Position numbers and translations under genes: made by a program. The notes under the pieces are model-generated. The model was not told the DNA's origin, did no database searches, and saw nothing but the letters and a program-made list of their open reading frames with translations. DNA of 49,320 bases from a virus, in IMG/VR virus record IMGVR_UViG_3300008050_000019. One strand, written 5' to 3'. Of this stretch, positions 1 through 7,871 are shown piece by piece. Within the stretch, counting starts at the first letter, position 1. Each line of letters starts with the position of its first letter.

Positions 1-173
1 CTCATGCTCATTTCTTCGAATCTTTCGTCCCACATTTCATTAATTTGGGCATCTTTAATTAAGTCAAGAACCTCAAGCAAATGCTCAGCAGTTAGGCCCA
101 ATTCCCCGATATTTTTAAATGCATCATATGATGACAGTCGCTCTTTTTCAAATTCAATACAGATTAAGCACAT
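1..173 (-). CDS. hypothetical protein, 5' part (runs off window start)
   Basis: ATG at 173..171, frame open to position 1 (MCLICIEFEKERLSSYDAFKNIGELGL...); 8-nt ATGTGCTTAA overlap with stop of upstream ORF 164..397. Confidence 0.4.
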   Translation of the reverse strand, partial: MCLICIEFEKERLSSYDAFKNIGELGLTAEHLLEVLDLIKDAQINEMWDERFEEMSM

Positions 174-397
174 ACCATAACTTTACATATGAGGTATTTT
201 TGCTGCCTTATGCTAACAGCATGAAAAGGGCTAGGTGTACTAGACTCTGGGTCTAACAATCTAACAACTGTGTCTTTATCGAGGCTTCCGACAAGGTCTA
301 AATGAAATCTAGGGTCTTTTTTTGATAAAGTTTTTATCTTTTTAACGTTAGACCTCTTAAACAAAAGGGTGCCTTGTTGTAATTTTACTCTTAACAT
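164..397 (-). CDS. hypothetical basic protein (77 aa)
   Basis: six-frame ORF, same strand as neighbouring tRNA block. Confidence 0.4.
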   Translation of the reverse strand: MLRVKLQQGTLLFKRSNVKKIKTLSKKDPRFHLDLVGSLDKDTVVRLLDPESSTPSPFHAVSIRQQKYLICKVMVCA

Positions 398-399
398 TA

Positions 400-488
400 A
401 GGAAGCGAAGGGATTCGAACCCCCAAAACGACTTGCATCGCCCTACTGGTTTTCAAAACCAGGCCCTCGTCCACCACGGACCGCTTCC
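400..488 (-). tRNA. tRNA-Ser (anticodon TGA), class II
   Basis: acceptor GGAAGCG/CGCTTCC, anticodon arm CTGGT-TTTGAAA-ACCAG, long variable arm, T arm GGGGG-TTCGAAT-CCCTT. Confidence 0.8.
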
Positions 489-531
489 ATTAAAATAATT
501 ATAACACGCATTTAAAAAAATGTACACGCAA

Positions 532-768
532 TCATTTTTTATATTTTATGATAACATTATATCCTGCTATAGAGATAAGTGACGCTATATTGAGTTCTAT
601 AGTTCTTGGTAATTCATCAATTGCAATGCAAGAAAGATATCTACTATCAGTAAAAGATAAAAAAATGATAGGGGTGAATAAGTGTTTTGCAAGCATAATA
701 TCACCAAACTTTAGATTCATAATATTATTTCTTGTAAAGGCTTGCATGCCATCATCTATCATGTTCAT
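532..768 (-). CDS. hypothetical protein (78 aa)
   Basis: ORF on cluster strand; opposite-strand ORF 548..790 looks less protein-like. Confidence 0.35.
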   Translation of the reverse strand: MNMIDDGMQAFTRNNIMNLKFGDIMLAKHLFTPIIFLSFTDSRYLSCIAIDELPRTIELNIASLISIAGYNVIIKYKK

Positions 769-840
769 GATTCATCACGCTCTTTTCTAGTATAGATTTT
801 ATATGAAAGTGTTGTTACATATATCCAAATATTCATTGCA

Positions 841-1083
841 TTAGAATGTTTTCTGGCTTATTCTTGCAAGTATTTTATGACCGATCAAAAAGCTTTTTGG
901 GAGATGTCCTATACCAGGTGATATCCACTTAAGATTTAAAAAAGCAAATTCTTTGTACGCATCATTGATATCATCATTTACAAACCCAAAAAAAACTAGC
1001 AAATTTTCGCTGTAACTTGTCTTAATAAGAATTATATCACCAATTGCCAACTCATTGAGGTTATCTTTGTCTATGATTTCCAT
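841..1083 (-). CDS. hypothetical protein (80 aa)
   Basis: six-frame ORF, cluster strand. Confidence 0.4.
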   Translation of the reverse strand: MEIIDKDNLNELAIGDIILIKTSYSENLLVFFGFVNDDINDAYKEFAFLNLKWISPGIGHLPKSFLIGHKILARISQKTF

Positions 1084-1086
1084 CTA

Positions 1087-1158
1087 TAGTGCTACCTGGT
1101 AACGCTCCAGGATTTCTGGTATGTCAAACCAGCGTTCATACTTCCCTACTATAGCACC
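1087..1158 (-). tRNA. tRNA-Val-like (anticodon GAC), non-canonical T loop AGCGTTA
   Basis: acceptor GGTGCTA/TAGCACT (G1-U72), anticodon arm CTGGT-TTGACAT-ACCAG, T arm CCTGG-AGCGTTA-CCAGG; near-identical copy at 7327..7398 differs only in anticodon arm. Confidence 0.5.
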
Positions 1159-1163
1159 AAAAT

Positions 1164-1236
1164 ACCCCCACCGAGAATCGAACTCGGGTCGCCGACGTGA
1201 AAAGCCAGTGTTCTAAACCACTAAACTATAGGGGCG
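1164..1236 (-). tRNA. tRNA-Glu (anticodon TTC)
   Basis: D arm GTTT/GAAC, anticodon loop TTTTCAC, T arm CCGAG-TTCGATT-CTCGG; G1-G72 acceptor mismatch. Confidence 0.65.
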
Positions 1237-1277
1237 TATTAAATATATTATAAATCAAGAAAAAACATTATTACATG

Positions 1278-1604
1278 CTAAAGATAACTTTCTTCGAATA
1301 AGATATCTTTATGGTTTGGACAGCGTGTACAAGAATAGTAGTTAACATGTATTAATTTACCATCGCCACCACAAATCTCACAAATTGAGCCAGATGCGTC
1401 TTCTGTACGGCAAATTAACTTAAACATTTGTGGCGTAACGCTTTTTGTGTAAAACCGCAACTCACCAAATTTTTCTTTTATTTGCGTTACGTTGCGGTTC
1501 CAGCCAAGTTTGTCTAGATCAATTATAAGCTGATCAATTATAGGCGTCCAACCTTCGCCAACGCCATAAGTATTATGGATCTTTATTCCGCTCTTATCTT
1601 TCAT
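1278..1604 (-). CDS. hypothetical protein with C-terminal CxxC...CxxC zinc-ribbon-like motif
   Basis: ORF 108 aa; CEICGG...CTRCPNH. Confidence 0.55.
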   Translation of the reverse strand: MKDKSGIKIHNTYGVGEGWTPIIDQLIIDLDKLGWNRNVTQIKEKFGELRFYTKSVTPQMFKLICRTEDASGSICEICGGDGKLIHVNYYSCTRCPNHKDILFEESYL

Positions 1605-1609
1605 TTAAA

Positions 1610-1681
1610 TTGTCCCTAGAGGACTCGAACCTCTAACGCCTGAACCAAAATCAAGTGTCTTGCCAATTAGACTAAGGGACA
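1610..1681 (-). tRNA. tRNA-Gln (anticodon TTG)
   Basis: U1-A72 acceptor TGTCCCT/AGGGACA, anticodon arm CTTGA-TTTTGGT-TCAGG, T arm AGAGG-TTCGAGT-CCTCT. Confidence 0.8.
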
Positions 1682-2092
1682 TTAATACTTTTTATTCGCG
1701 ATTGTTATATGGAAACATTTATAGTATTGCTTGGGTGGTAATGTCCATTTACTTCTAGGAAGCATGCCGAGACCAGCACGTAGCTCTGTGAGTCTATCAC
1801 ACCAAACATTAAGCCAATAATATACATTATCGAAATATACAGTCGGCTCATATTTAAATTGTACAATTTCATTATCAAATTCTCCCCAAGCTTTTAAGCA
1901 TAAAGGAGTTTCCTTAAATGGTCTTACAACTGTACAATGTGGGGGATATCTGGGCACTTGGCATTTCATATACTTTGGTATTAGTGCTCGATAATATCGC
2001 GCAATATCTTTATCTATTTCTAGATTAAGCTTTAACCCTTCATTTTGTCCAGAATATACCAACCTTCCAGTTGAAGTCAATAACTTTTTCAT
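1682..2092 (-). CDS. hypothetical protein (136 aa)
   Basis: six-frame ORF. Confidence 0.5.
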   Translation of the reverse strand: MKKLLTSTGRLVYSGQNEGLKLNLEIDKDIARYYRALIPKYMKCQVPRYPPHCTVVRPFKETPLCLKAWGEFDNEIVQFKYEPTVYFDNVYYWLNVWCDRLTELRAGLGMLPRSKWTLPPKQYYKCFHITIANKKY

Positions 2093-2096
2093 AAGA

Positions 2097-2168
2097 TGGG
2101 CCCAAAGAGAATCGAACTCTCATCATCTTGTATGTAAGACAAGCGCTTTACCGTTAAGCTATGTTCCC
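2097..2168 (-). tRNA. tRNA-Val (anticodon TAC)
   Basis: D arm GCTT/AAGC, anticodon arm CTTGT-CTTACAT-ACAAG, T loop TTCGATT; two A-G mismatches in acceptor. Confidence 0.6.
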
Positions 2169-3043
2169 TAATAAAACTCATTATTCTTTACATCGTTGTA
2201 AAGCCTTAAAGGAATCTTTGTTTTTTGTGTTTTCATGATTGGAGCATCTAGACTCCACCACCCTTTTTCGTAAACAGTCCCAAGTTGTAGAATAAATTTC
2301 TGGAGCTGTGCCTTCGACCCTCCGACAAATGCTTTATTCATAGCATTTCTAACAACAACCGCTGATCGGGCTGTTCCTGCTTGGCTTAGCGCTATATATA
2401 ATGCTTTTGTAGCTTTTACAAGATCATGTGCCCGTGGCTCAATTGTATACTGGGGTCTGGCAACAAGAACGCATGCAAAAACTTGTTCTTCTTCTATACC
2501 GAGTATTTTCAAAGCTATAATTGCAGAGTTTATCGTCTCGCCTGTTTGTAATGAATCATCGACAAGAACAATCGTTTTGCCGATATATTCTTCTGGGATG
2601 CGTTCCGACGTTGCGGTCATTATATCATCCGCTCGTTTTAAATAAGATTGCTTTTTCTTAATAGAGAGGTCCGACTTTATTGTTAAAATATCTGATGCGG
2701 TTCCGCCAAAGTCTTGCTCAAGGCGTTCGGCCAATGCATACCCCCATTTATTTTTACCTGTTGTCGAAGGAACGACAATCCATAATGGATCTTCACCCTT
2801 AAACAAAGAAAATGCATTTTTATTTTTATTATAAAGGGTCTCGAACACTTCATTTGACTGCAGCGTAGAAAGACCAGGATCATCTTTTTTTGCCTTTATA
2901 AAAGCATCAAACTGTGTCTCTGATGCTACCCCTGTAACAAGCCTGTCTTTTACAGATGAAAGCCTTGATACAGGGGCTTCTAAAATTAATGAAATAAACT
3001 CTTTTATTACACTAGTCATTGTAACTATTTGAAGATCGTCCAA
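2168..3043 (-). CDS. phosphoribosyltransferase (PRT type I) domain protein
   Basis: PRPP-binding motif TIVLVDDSLQTGET; 291 aa. Confidence 0.65.
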   Translation of the reverse strand: MDDLQIVTMTSVIKEFISLILEAPVSRLSSVKDRLVTGVASETQFDAFIKAKKDDPGLSTLQSNEVFETLYNKNKNAFSLFKGEDPLWIVVPSTTGKNKWGYALAERLEQDFGGTASDILTIKSDLSIKKKQSYLKRADDIMTATSERIPEEYIGKTIVLVDDSLQTGETINSAIIALKILGIEEEQVFACVLVARPQYTIEPRAHDLVKATKALYIALSQAGTARSAVVVRNAMNKAFVGGSKAQLQKFILQLGTVYEKGWWSLDAPIMKTQKTKIPLRLYNDVKNNEFY

Positions 3044-3575
3044 AGACCTTTTTTACGTATTTTTGTGTTTCTTCGAATGGCGGAACACCACCATGGCGCC
3101 TAACGTTTGTTGGGCCAGCATTATAAGCTGCAACCGCACTTCGCAAATCACCTGGAAACATCTTTATAAGCTTCTTTAAATATCTTGCTCCGCCGTCGAT
3201 ATTTTGTGCTGCATCCCAAGGGTCTTTAACACCTAGATACTCTGCAGTTTTTGGCATAAGCTGCATAACACCAATGGCACCCACGCCTGAATTGGCCGAG
3301 GGGTTGTATCTAGACTCAGTCCATGCCATTGCGTCAAGAATTGTGTATGGAACTTTATGCTTGATAGCAGCTTTCTTAATTAAGCTTGCAATGTCGGATT
3401 TGCTATATTCGATAGCTTGCTCTGCCTTAGGTTCCGCTGCAGAAGTATCCATGGGCCCAGATAAAGCTGCGACAGTTGCCAATCCTGCTGCGGCACGTTT
3501 TAATGGGCCTTCGTCAATTTTGCAATCCATTGACTCTTGAATCATCCCCTTGAGGTCTTTAATTGATATCTTCAT
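3012..3575 (-). CDS. lytic transglycosylase, SLT domain
   Basis: AMAWTESRYNPSANSGVGAIGVMQLMP catalytic-region motif; 32-nt overlap with downstream gene. Confidence 0.75.
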   Translation of the reverse strand: MKISIKDLKGMIQESMDCKIDEGPLKRAAAGLATVAALSGPMDTSAAEPKAEQAIEYSKSDIASLIKKAAIKHKVPYTILDAMAWTESRYNPSANSGVGAIGVMQLMPKTAEYLGVKDPWDAAQNIDGGARYLKKLIKMFPGDLRSAVAAYNAGPTNVRRHGGVPPFEETQKYVKKVFGRSSNSYND

Positions 3576-3671
3576 ATCTATATATATAAGCAGCTAACAG
3601 AATTTGCACCCATACTTTCAACTTGGCAAGCTGATATGCTACTGTTAAACATCATAGCTGCATTAATTTCA

Positions 3672-3743
3672 CATTTCTGAAGAGATTCGAACTCCCATTT
3701 CGACGTTCGTAGCGCCGCGCTCTATCCATTGAACTACAGAAAT
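3672..3743 (-). tRNA. tRNA-Arg (anticodon ACG)
   Basis: acceptor ATTTCTG/CAGAAAT, anticodon arm CGGCG-CTACGAA-CGTCG, T loop TTCGAAT. Confidence 0.8.
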
Positions 3744-3746
3744 AAA

Positions 3747-3818
3747 CACTCACAGAAAGACTCGAACTTTCACGATCAGTTTAGAAGACTGAGATGCTAT
3801 CCATTACATCATGCGAGC
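3747..3818 (-). tRNA. tRNA-Arg (anticodon TCT)
   Basis: acceptor GCTCGCA/TGTGAGT, anticodon arm TCAGT-CTTCTAA-ACTGA, T arm GAAAG-TTCGAGT-CTTTC. Confidence 0.8.
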
Positions 3819-3821
3819 ATA

Positions 3822-3895
3822 TGCCCTCGGCCGGGTTTGAACCGGCACTTTTTGGAATTTGAACCCAATGACTCTACCAGTTGGTCTACGAAGGC
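3822..3895 (-). tRNA. tRNA with Leu-type anticodon CAA but short (class I) variable arm, A73
   Basis: acceptor GCCTTCG/CGAGGGC, anticodon arm TTGGG-TTCAAAT-TCCAA, 5-nt variable loop, T arm GCCGG-TTCAAAC-CCGGC. Confidence 0.55.
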
Positions 3896-3898
3896 AAG

Positions 3899-3972
3899 TA
3901 CCCCTAGGCGGATTCGAACCGCCAACACTCAGATTTTAAATCTGATAACTCTACCAGTTGGTTTATAGGGGC
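3899..3972 (-). tRNA. tRNA with Leu-type anticodon TAA but class I architecture
   Basis: anticodon arm TCAGA-TTTAAAA-TCTGA, T arm GGCGG-TTCGAAT-CCGCC; paralog of 3822..3895. Confidence 0.55.
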
Positions 3973-4355
3973 GAAATTTGACTAACTTTTTTAAAACAAA
4001 TGCATGTATTATATCTTGATACAATTATATCAAATGCATTTGTATGTTGGTCAGTGCGTATTACAATTTCTCTTTGTATTGAAAGGTTTATATCATGAAA
4101 TATAGAGCCTGTAGCATAGAAATCAGAGTCATAGTAAGACTTATATACGCTTTTATGCTTAACAGAATAAACGCAGAGCGAGACATCTTCCGCTTCTGCG
4201 TGATCAACATATAGAACTATCATAGGCTCATCTTTCTTTATAAAATGTGTAATATAGTTTATATACTTCGGAATCTTACTTTGAACAAGCTCCATCTCTA
4301 ATTCTTGAATATCATCTTTAAGAATAACAAGATCACCAGGAATAAAATCATTCAT
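3963..4355 (-). CDS. hypothetical protein (130 aa)
   Basis: six-frame ORF. Confidence 0.5.
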   Translation of the reverse strand: MNDFIPGDLVILKDDIQELEMELVQSKIPKYINYITHFIKKDEPMIVLYVDHAEAEDVSLCVYSVKHKSVYKSYYDSDFYATGSIFHDINLSIQREIVIRTDQHTNAFDIIVSRYNTCICFKKVSQISPL

Positions 4356-4356
4356 A

Positions 4357-4431
4357 TGACACTGAAGGGATTCGAACCCATACTGTTCTGGTCCTAAACC
4401 AGATGCCTCCTACCGATTGGGCTACAGTGCC
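4357..4431 (-). tRNA. tRNA with Leu-type anticodon TAG, class I architecture
   Basis: acceptor GGCACTG/CAGTGTC, anticodon arm TCTGG-TTTAGGA-CCAGA, T loop TTCGAAT. Confidence 0.5.
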
Positions 4432-4436
4432 GAAAC

Positions 4437-4507
4437 AGGCCGCCAGGGACTCGAACCCTGATTAAAAGATTTGGAATCTTTTGTGTTACCAATTACACTA
4501 ACGTCCC
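4437..4507 (-). tRNA. tRNA-Trp (anticodon CCA)
   Basis: D arm GTGT/ACAC, anticodon arm AAAGA-TTCCAAA-TCTTT, T arm CAGGG-TTCGAGT-CCCTG; imperfect acceptor. Confidence 0.6.
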
Positions 4508-4661
4508 AGATGAATGCGGTATGATCTGACTTCGATACTCTTATGGGCATATGATCTCCATAAGGCTCTTTCTACGGTACTTTATAGGCTACCAGATTGC
4601 AGGCGTTGGAGTGAATCCTAGCATACAAAAATATAACCGCTAAGTTATACTACACATTCAA

Positions 4662-4735
4662 TGCTTTTGAGTGGACTCGAACCACCAAACACCAGACCCT
4701 CGACCTGGCCGCTTGACCGATTAGCGTACAAAAGC
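4662..4735 (-). tRNA. tRNA with Leu-type anticodon GAG, class I architecture, C33
   Basis: perfect acceptor GCTTTTG/CAAAAGC, anticodon arm CCAGG-TCGAGGG-TCTGG, T arm GGTGG-TTCGAGT-CCACT. Confidence 0.5.
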
Positions 4736-4748
4736 TCTATCATATTTA

Positions 4749-5174
4749 CTACAAGAAATCACAAGGTGGCGCAACATCTTCATGTCGGCAACCTAGCAAA
4801 TGCCCAAGTTCATGTCTTATGGTTTCTCGTTTTGCTTTATTCTGAATAAAAACTTGCCGAAAGATTATTTTTCTGTTGTGTCTTGTTATCATTATACAAC
4901 CATAATATCCACACCTTCGTGGGAGTGTGTTTACGAATGCTACCGGCACAAGATCATCACTGTCATTGCAAAAAGGAGAAATTTTAAAAACTTTTTCTTT
5001 CATCTTCCTATTCCAGAAAATAACTTCTTCTTCAAAAGGCTTAAGTTTCTTGCTTGGTATATCATCTATAAACAAGCATACTGGAAAAATTCCCCCTTCT
5101 CTTACTTTTAAGTCTATTACTGTTTTGCAACTTAATAATGAAATTATTACCAATGTTAACAATACTTTCTTCAT
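4749..5174 (-). CDS. metzincin-like zinc metallopeptidase, predicted lipoprotein
   Basis: HELGHLLGCRHE (HExxHxxGxxH); N-terminal signal MKKVLLTLVIISLLSC with lipobox-like LLSC. Confidence 0.6.
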   Translation of the reverse strand: MKKVLLTLVIISLLSCKTVIDLKVREGGIFPVCLFIDDIPSKKLKPFEEEVIFWNRKMKEKVFKISPFCNDSDDLVPVAFVNTLPRRCGYYGCIMITRHNRKIIFRQVFIQNKAKRETIRHELGHLLGCRHEDVAPPCDFL

Positions 5175-5202
5175 ACTACTAATTATAGTAGCTTAATCTA
5201 AA

Positions 5203-5275
5203 AGGGCAAAGCGAGACTTGAACTCGCGACCAATCGGTTAACAACCGACCGTTCTAACCACTGAACTATTCACCC
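5203..5275 (-). tRNA. tRNA-Asn (anticodon GTT)
   Basis: D arm GTTC/GAAC, anticodon arm GTCGG-TTGTTAA-CCGAT, T arm GCGAG-TTCAAGT-CTCGC. Confidence 0.8.
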
Positions 5276-5364
5276 GATCGAGGGGGAATTATTCCCCCTC
5301 TTTTGTTATCCTTGCTTAACCTTCATATTTCTTCCTCCGGAAAATAATATCTCTATTATTTAAG

Positions 5365-5439
5365 CCCCCCGTATGAGATTCGAACTCATGATCTCTGCGG
5401 TGACAACGCAACGTCCACTCCTGACTGGACCGACGGGGG
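5365..5439 (-). tRNA. tRNA-Asp (anticodon GTC)
   Basis: perfect acceptor CCCCCGT/ACGGGGG, anticodon arm TTGCG-TTGTCAC-CGCAG, T arm ATGAG-TTCGAAT-CTCAT. Confidence 0.8.
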
Positions 5440-5540
5440 AAATAAAATTTTATTTGGTCGATGGCCCGGCAATCGCGAGCTTGCCAGTTTGACCCCAAAG
5501 CAGAGTCCGGTAACAGCCTTATCTCTCTGGTGCACATCGA

Positions 5541-5615
5541 TCTAGACGGCAGGGCTTGAACCTGCAAAAAACCTGACACGGAATCAGGCGCCACACCAAA
5601 TTTGTGGTCGTCTAG
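5541..5615 (-). tRNA. tRNA-like, possibly Arg (anticodon CCG); atypical
   Basis: perfect acceptor CTAGACG/CGTCTAG, anticodon arm CCTGA-TTCCGTG-TCAGG (pyrimidine 37), T arm GCAGG-TTCAAGC-CCTGC, shifted D arm. Confidence 0.4.
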
Positions 5616-5626
5616 TTAAAATCAAC

Positions 5627-5700
5627 TCTGGGCAAAGGGATTCGAACCCCTGTTCTCACGGTCCCAAACCGCGTGTGATACCAAACTTCACCATACCCAG
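5627..5700 (-). tRNA. tRNA-Pro (anticodon TGG)
   Basis: acceptor CTGGGTA/TGCCCAG, anticodon arm CGCGG-TTTGGGA-CCGTG, T loop TTCGAAT. Confidence 0.8.
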
Positions 5701-5704
5701 TGAA

Positions 5705-5791
5705 TTTGAAGAGTGGGATTCGAACCGCACATTTCCGACCCTTCTCGGCCGTGAGACAGGATTGGCGTGTTACCGCTAACACTATCTTTAA
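5705..5791 (-). tRNA. degenerate tRNA-like element (class II length), anticodon not assignable
   Basis: TTCGAAT T-loop signature and D arm GTGT/ACAC present but T stem and anticodon stem do not pair cleanly. Confidence 0.3.
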
Positions 5792-5794
5792 TTA

Positions 5795-5873
5795 CCCGTA
5801 TAGCGGGATTTGAACCCACGTCTTCGCCACCCCTTAGAGGCCGAACGATGTTTTACCCTTAAACTACCAACGG
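5795..5873 (-). tRNA. degenerate tRNA-like element, anticodon not assignable
   Basis: T arm GTGGG-TTCAAAT-CCCGC and D arm GTTT/AAAC; acceptor with 2 mismatches, no clean anticodon stem. Confidence 0.3.
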
Positions 5874-5878
5874 ATAAA

Positions 5879-5961
5879 TGAATGAGGAGGGAGTTGAACC
5901 CCCAAAGACCGAAGCCGGGTCGTTTACAGCGACTTGATTTTACCAATAACCATACTCATCC
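5879..5961 (-). tRNA. tRNA-Tyr (anticodon GTA), class II
   Basis: acceptor GGATGAG/CTCATTC, anticodon loop CTGTAAA, variable-arm hairpin CCG-GCTT-CGG, T arm GGGGG-TTCAACT-CCCTC. Confidence 0.65.
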
Positions 5962-6079
5962 AAAAAAGTAAAGATAGGTCTTTCACCTATATCTTCCCCC
6001 TCATACGGGAGCTGTTCTATTTTAAACTACTTTACTACGCTTATAACATACATCATTACCACTATATGTTATAAACAAT

Positions 6080-6150
6080 TGCGGATCCCAGACTTGCACT
6101 GGGCCCTGTGGCTTATGAGGCCACCGAGGTACCTATATCCTCCAATCCGC
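6080..6150 (-). tRNA. tRNA-Met-like (anticodon CAT), non-canonical T loop TGCAAGT
   Basis: acceptor GCGGAT/ATCCGC, anticodon arm GTGGC-CTCATAA-GCCAC, T arm CCCAG-TGCAAGT-CTGGG. Confidence 0.5.
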
Positions 6151-6219
6151 GTCAATGGTTTTAATGAGATCCGAAAACTCCATATTGGTCCCGCCGATGA
6201 TTAAAAAAGCTAAACCCAC

Positions 6220-6591
6220 TCAGGAACTTGGAAAGATAACGCTTTCGACATATACCTTCAAAAAATCTGATTTATCATCGTTATCATAGCCCCCTCTCGG
6301 AAACCCAAAACTCCTTGATAAAAGATATTTCTTAGTAACTAGTCCTGGTTCAAACTGTCCCTCAAAACCATAACATGAACAGTGTCCACCCCGATTCAGG
6401 AACAATTTGTCTGTCTTTCTTTCTCTCAATACAAACCAAGATCCAGAATCACACCCCCAGGAACCTTCATGTTGGTATGCAATTAAAATTTTGAAGCGGT
6501 TAAGCTCTGCCAATGTAATATCATAATCTCCACAAATTTGTTCTTTTACTTCGTCTTTCGACATTCCTTCATAATCAGCTAACAATAACAT
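6220..6591 (-). CDS. hypothetical protein (123 aa) inside tRNA block
   Basis: six-frame ORF, protein-like composition. Confidence 0.5.
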   Translation of the reverse strand: MLLLADYEGMSKDEVKEQICGDYDITLAELNRFKILIAYQHEGSWGCDSGSWFVLRERKTDKLFLNRGGHCSCYGFEGQFEPGLVTKKYLLSRSFGFPRGGYDNDDKSDFLKVYVESVIFPSS

Positions 6592-6650
6592 AACAAACCC
6601 TCCGTATTATACAGAAATGCTTAGCGTTTGCTATATACTATTAACTAAAA

Positions 6651-6725
6651 TCCCCCCACCAGGACTCGAACCTGGAACCTCCGGCTTAAAAGGCCATTGC
6701 ACTAATCCAGTTGTGCTATGGAGGG
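6651..6725 (-). tRNA. tRNA-Lys (anticodon TTT)
   Basis: acceptor CCCTCCA/TGGGGGG, D arm GCAC/GTGC, anticodon loop CTTTTAA, T arm CCAGG-TTCGAGT-CCTGG. Confidence 0.7.
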
Positions 6726-6726
6726 T

Positions 6727-6799
6727 TTATAAGGGAAGAATTCGAATCTTCATTTCCCGCTTTAATCGTGCGGGTGTACTACCATTATACTACCTTATG
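6727..6799 (-). tRNA. tRNA-like with C1-A72 mismatch and 9-nt anticodon loop ACGATTAAA; identity ambiguous
   Basis: T arm GAAGA-TTCGAAT-TCTTC, D arm GTAT/GTAC, anticodon stem CCCGC/GCGGG around a 9-nt loop containing TTA. Confidence 0.4.
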
Positions 6800-6952
6800 G
6801 TTGTCATATGAAGAGTTTATACTTCAATTCCTCAATCCAAATGAGGCGCGATATTTTCACCAATATGACGATTTTAGATATTAACCTAGGCTATGAACCT
6901 ATATCCAATGCAACACTGCTATTGCAAAGGCCGGAATATATTTAATATCTAA

Positions 6953-7027
6953 TGGGATTACCGGGATTCGAACCCGGATCTGTCCGATTAAGAGTCGGCT
7001 ATATTAACACATTAATACTATAATCCC
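6953..7027 (-). tRNA. tRNA-Lys (anticodon CTT)
   Basis: perfect acceptor GGGATTA/TAATCCC, anticodon loop CTCTTAA, T arm CCGGG-TTCGAAT-CCCGG. Confidence 0.7.
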
Positions 7028-7078
7028 AATTTACATTTTATTCAATTTTCAAAGAAACAAATCACAAAATGATTTGAA

Positions 7079-7163
7079 TGAGGAACCTGAGGATCGAACT
7101 CAGTTGCACCCTAAGGCGACCAGGTTTACAGCCTGGGTTATCTCCATAATAATCTAGTTCCCC
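7079..7163 (-). tRNA. tRNA-Tyr (anticodon GTA), second diverged copy, class II
   Basis: acceptor GGGGAAC/GTTCCTC, anticodon arm CCAGG-CTGTAAA-CCTGG, long variable arm, T arm CTGAG-TTCGATC-CTCAG. Confidence 0.55.
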
Positions 7164-7252
7164 GTAATCATGAATGGCTTTAATCATCCAGTGTGTAGTT
7201 ATTATAACTCATTAGTTATCAAATTACAACATTTTTAAATTTTATTTTCATA

Positions 7253-7324
7253 AGATTGAGATGAGACTCGAACTCACAATCTTGGTTTTGCAGACCAAAG
7301 CCTTAACCATTTAGCTACTCAATC
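7253..7324 (-). tRNA. tRNA-Cys (anticodon GCA)
   Basis: perfect acceptor GATTGAG/CTCAATC, anticodon arm TTGGT-CTGCAAA-ACCAA, T arm GTGAG-TTCGAGT-CTCAT. Confidence 0.8.
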
Positions 7325-7326
7325 GA

Positions 7327-7398
7327 TGGTGCTACCTGGTAACGCTCCAGGATCTTCTGTTTATCAGACAGACGTTCATACTTCCCTACTATAGCACC
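7327..7398 (-). tRNA. tRNA-Ile-like (anticodon GAT), non-canonical T loop AGCGTTA
   Basis: same body as 1087..1158 (acceptor GGTGCTA/TAGCACC, T arm CCTGG-AGCGTTA-CCAGG) but anticodon arm TCTGT-CTGATAA-ACAGA. Confidence 0.5.
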
Positions 7399-7402
7399 AA
7401 AA

Positions 7403-7474
7403 CGCTTTTTAGTGGATTCGAACCACTACATCTGGTACTTCACACCAGCATGCTACCGTTAACATCAAAAAAGC
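7403..7474 (-). tRNA. tRNA-Phe (anticodon GAA)
   Basis: perfect acceptor GCTTTTT/AAAAAGC, D arm ATGT/GCAT, anticodon arm CTGGT-GTGAAGT-ACCAG, T arm AGTGG-TTCGAAT-CCACT. Confidence 0.8.
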
Positions 7475-7724
7475 ATAAATCCTATTACAACTAACTAGCC
7501 TTTTGGGCCTGTAATTGGCACCCGTTCTCTCAGCGGGTGTTATATTAACGAATGTTAATACATCCTCTAGCCAGCAGCTTAATTAAAAGCAGGATATTTC
7601 TCGCAATCAAGGTCTAGCGATGGTTTCGACCCATCTTCTGCACCCACTGCAGGTGTGCCGTAATACTTCTATACGAGCTAGACTTATTTCTTTTATATTT
7701 TCTTCCAATTTTTATGTAACATTA

Positions 7725-7793
7725 TGGAGAAGACGGGTAACGCTCCCGCTCATTCCGGTGTGCAAAACCAGATGCTATCCTTATAGCTTCCCC
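7725..7793 (-). tRNA. tRNA-Ala-like (anticodon TGC), short D arm, T loop AGCGTTA
   Basis: acceptor GGGGAAG/CTTCTCC, anticodon arm CTGGT-TTTGCAC-ACCGG, T arm GCGGG-AGCGTTA-CCCGT. Confidence 0.5.
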
Positions 7794-7797
7794 AATA

Positions 7798-7871
7798 AGC
7801 AAGTAAGGGGATTCGAACCCCTACATCAAGAGTGGAAATCTTGCATGCTATCCATTAAACATCATACTCGC
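7798..7871 (-). tRNA. tRNA-Gly (anticodon TCC)
   Basis: acceptor GCGAGTA/TACTTGC, D arm ATGT/GCAT, anticodon arm CAAGA-TTTCCAC-TCTTG, T arm AGGGG-TTCGAAT-CCCCT, U73. Confidence 0.8.

Noticed and set aside
7560-7650. Possible plus-strand tRNA ending ...GATGG-TTTCGAC-CCATC-TTCTGCA-C-CCA
   Set aside because: T-arm-like hairpin followed by an apparent CCA, but no 5' acceptor strand complementary to TTCTGCA within 90 nt. The T loop is non-canonical. Treated as a chance hairpin.
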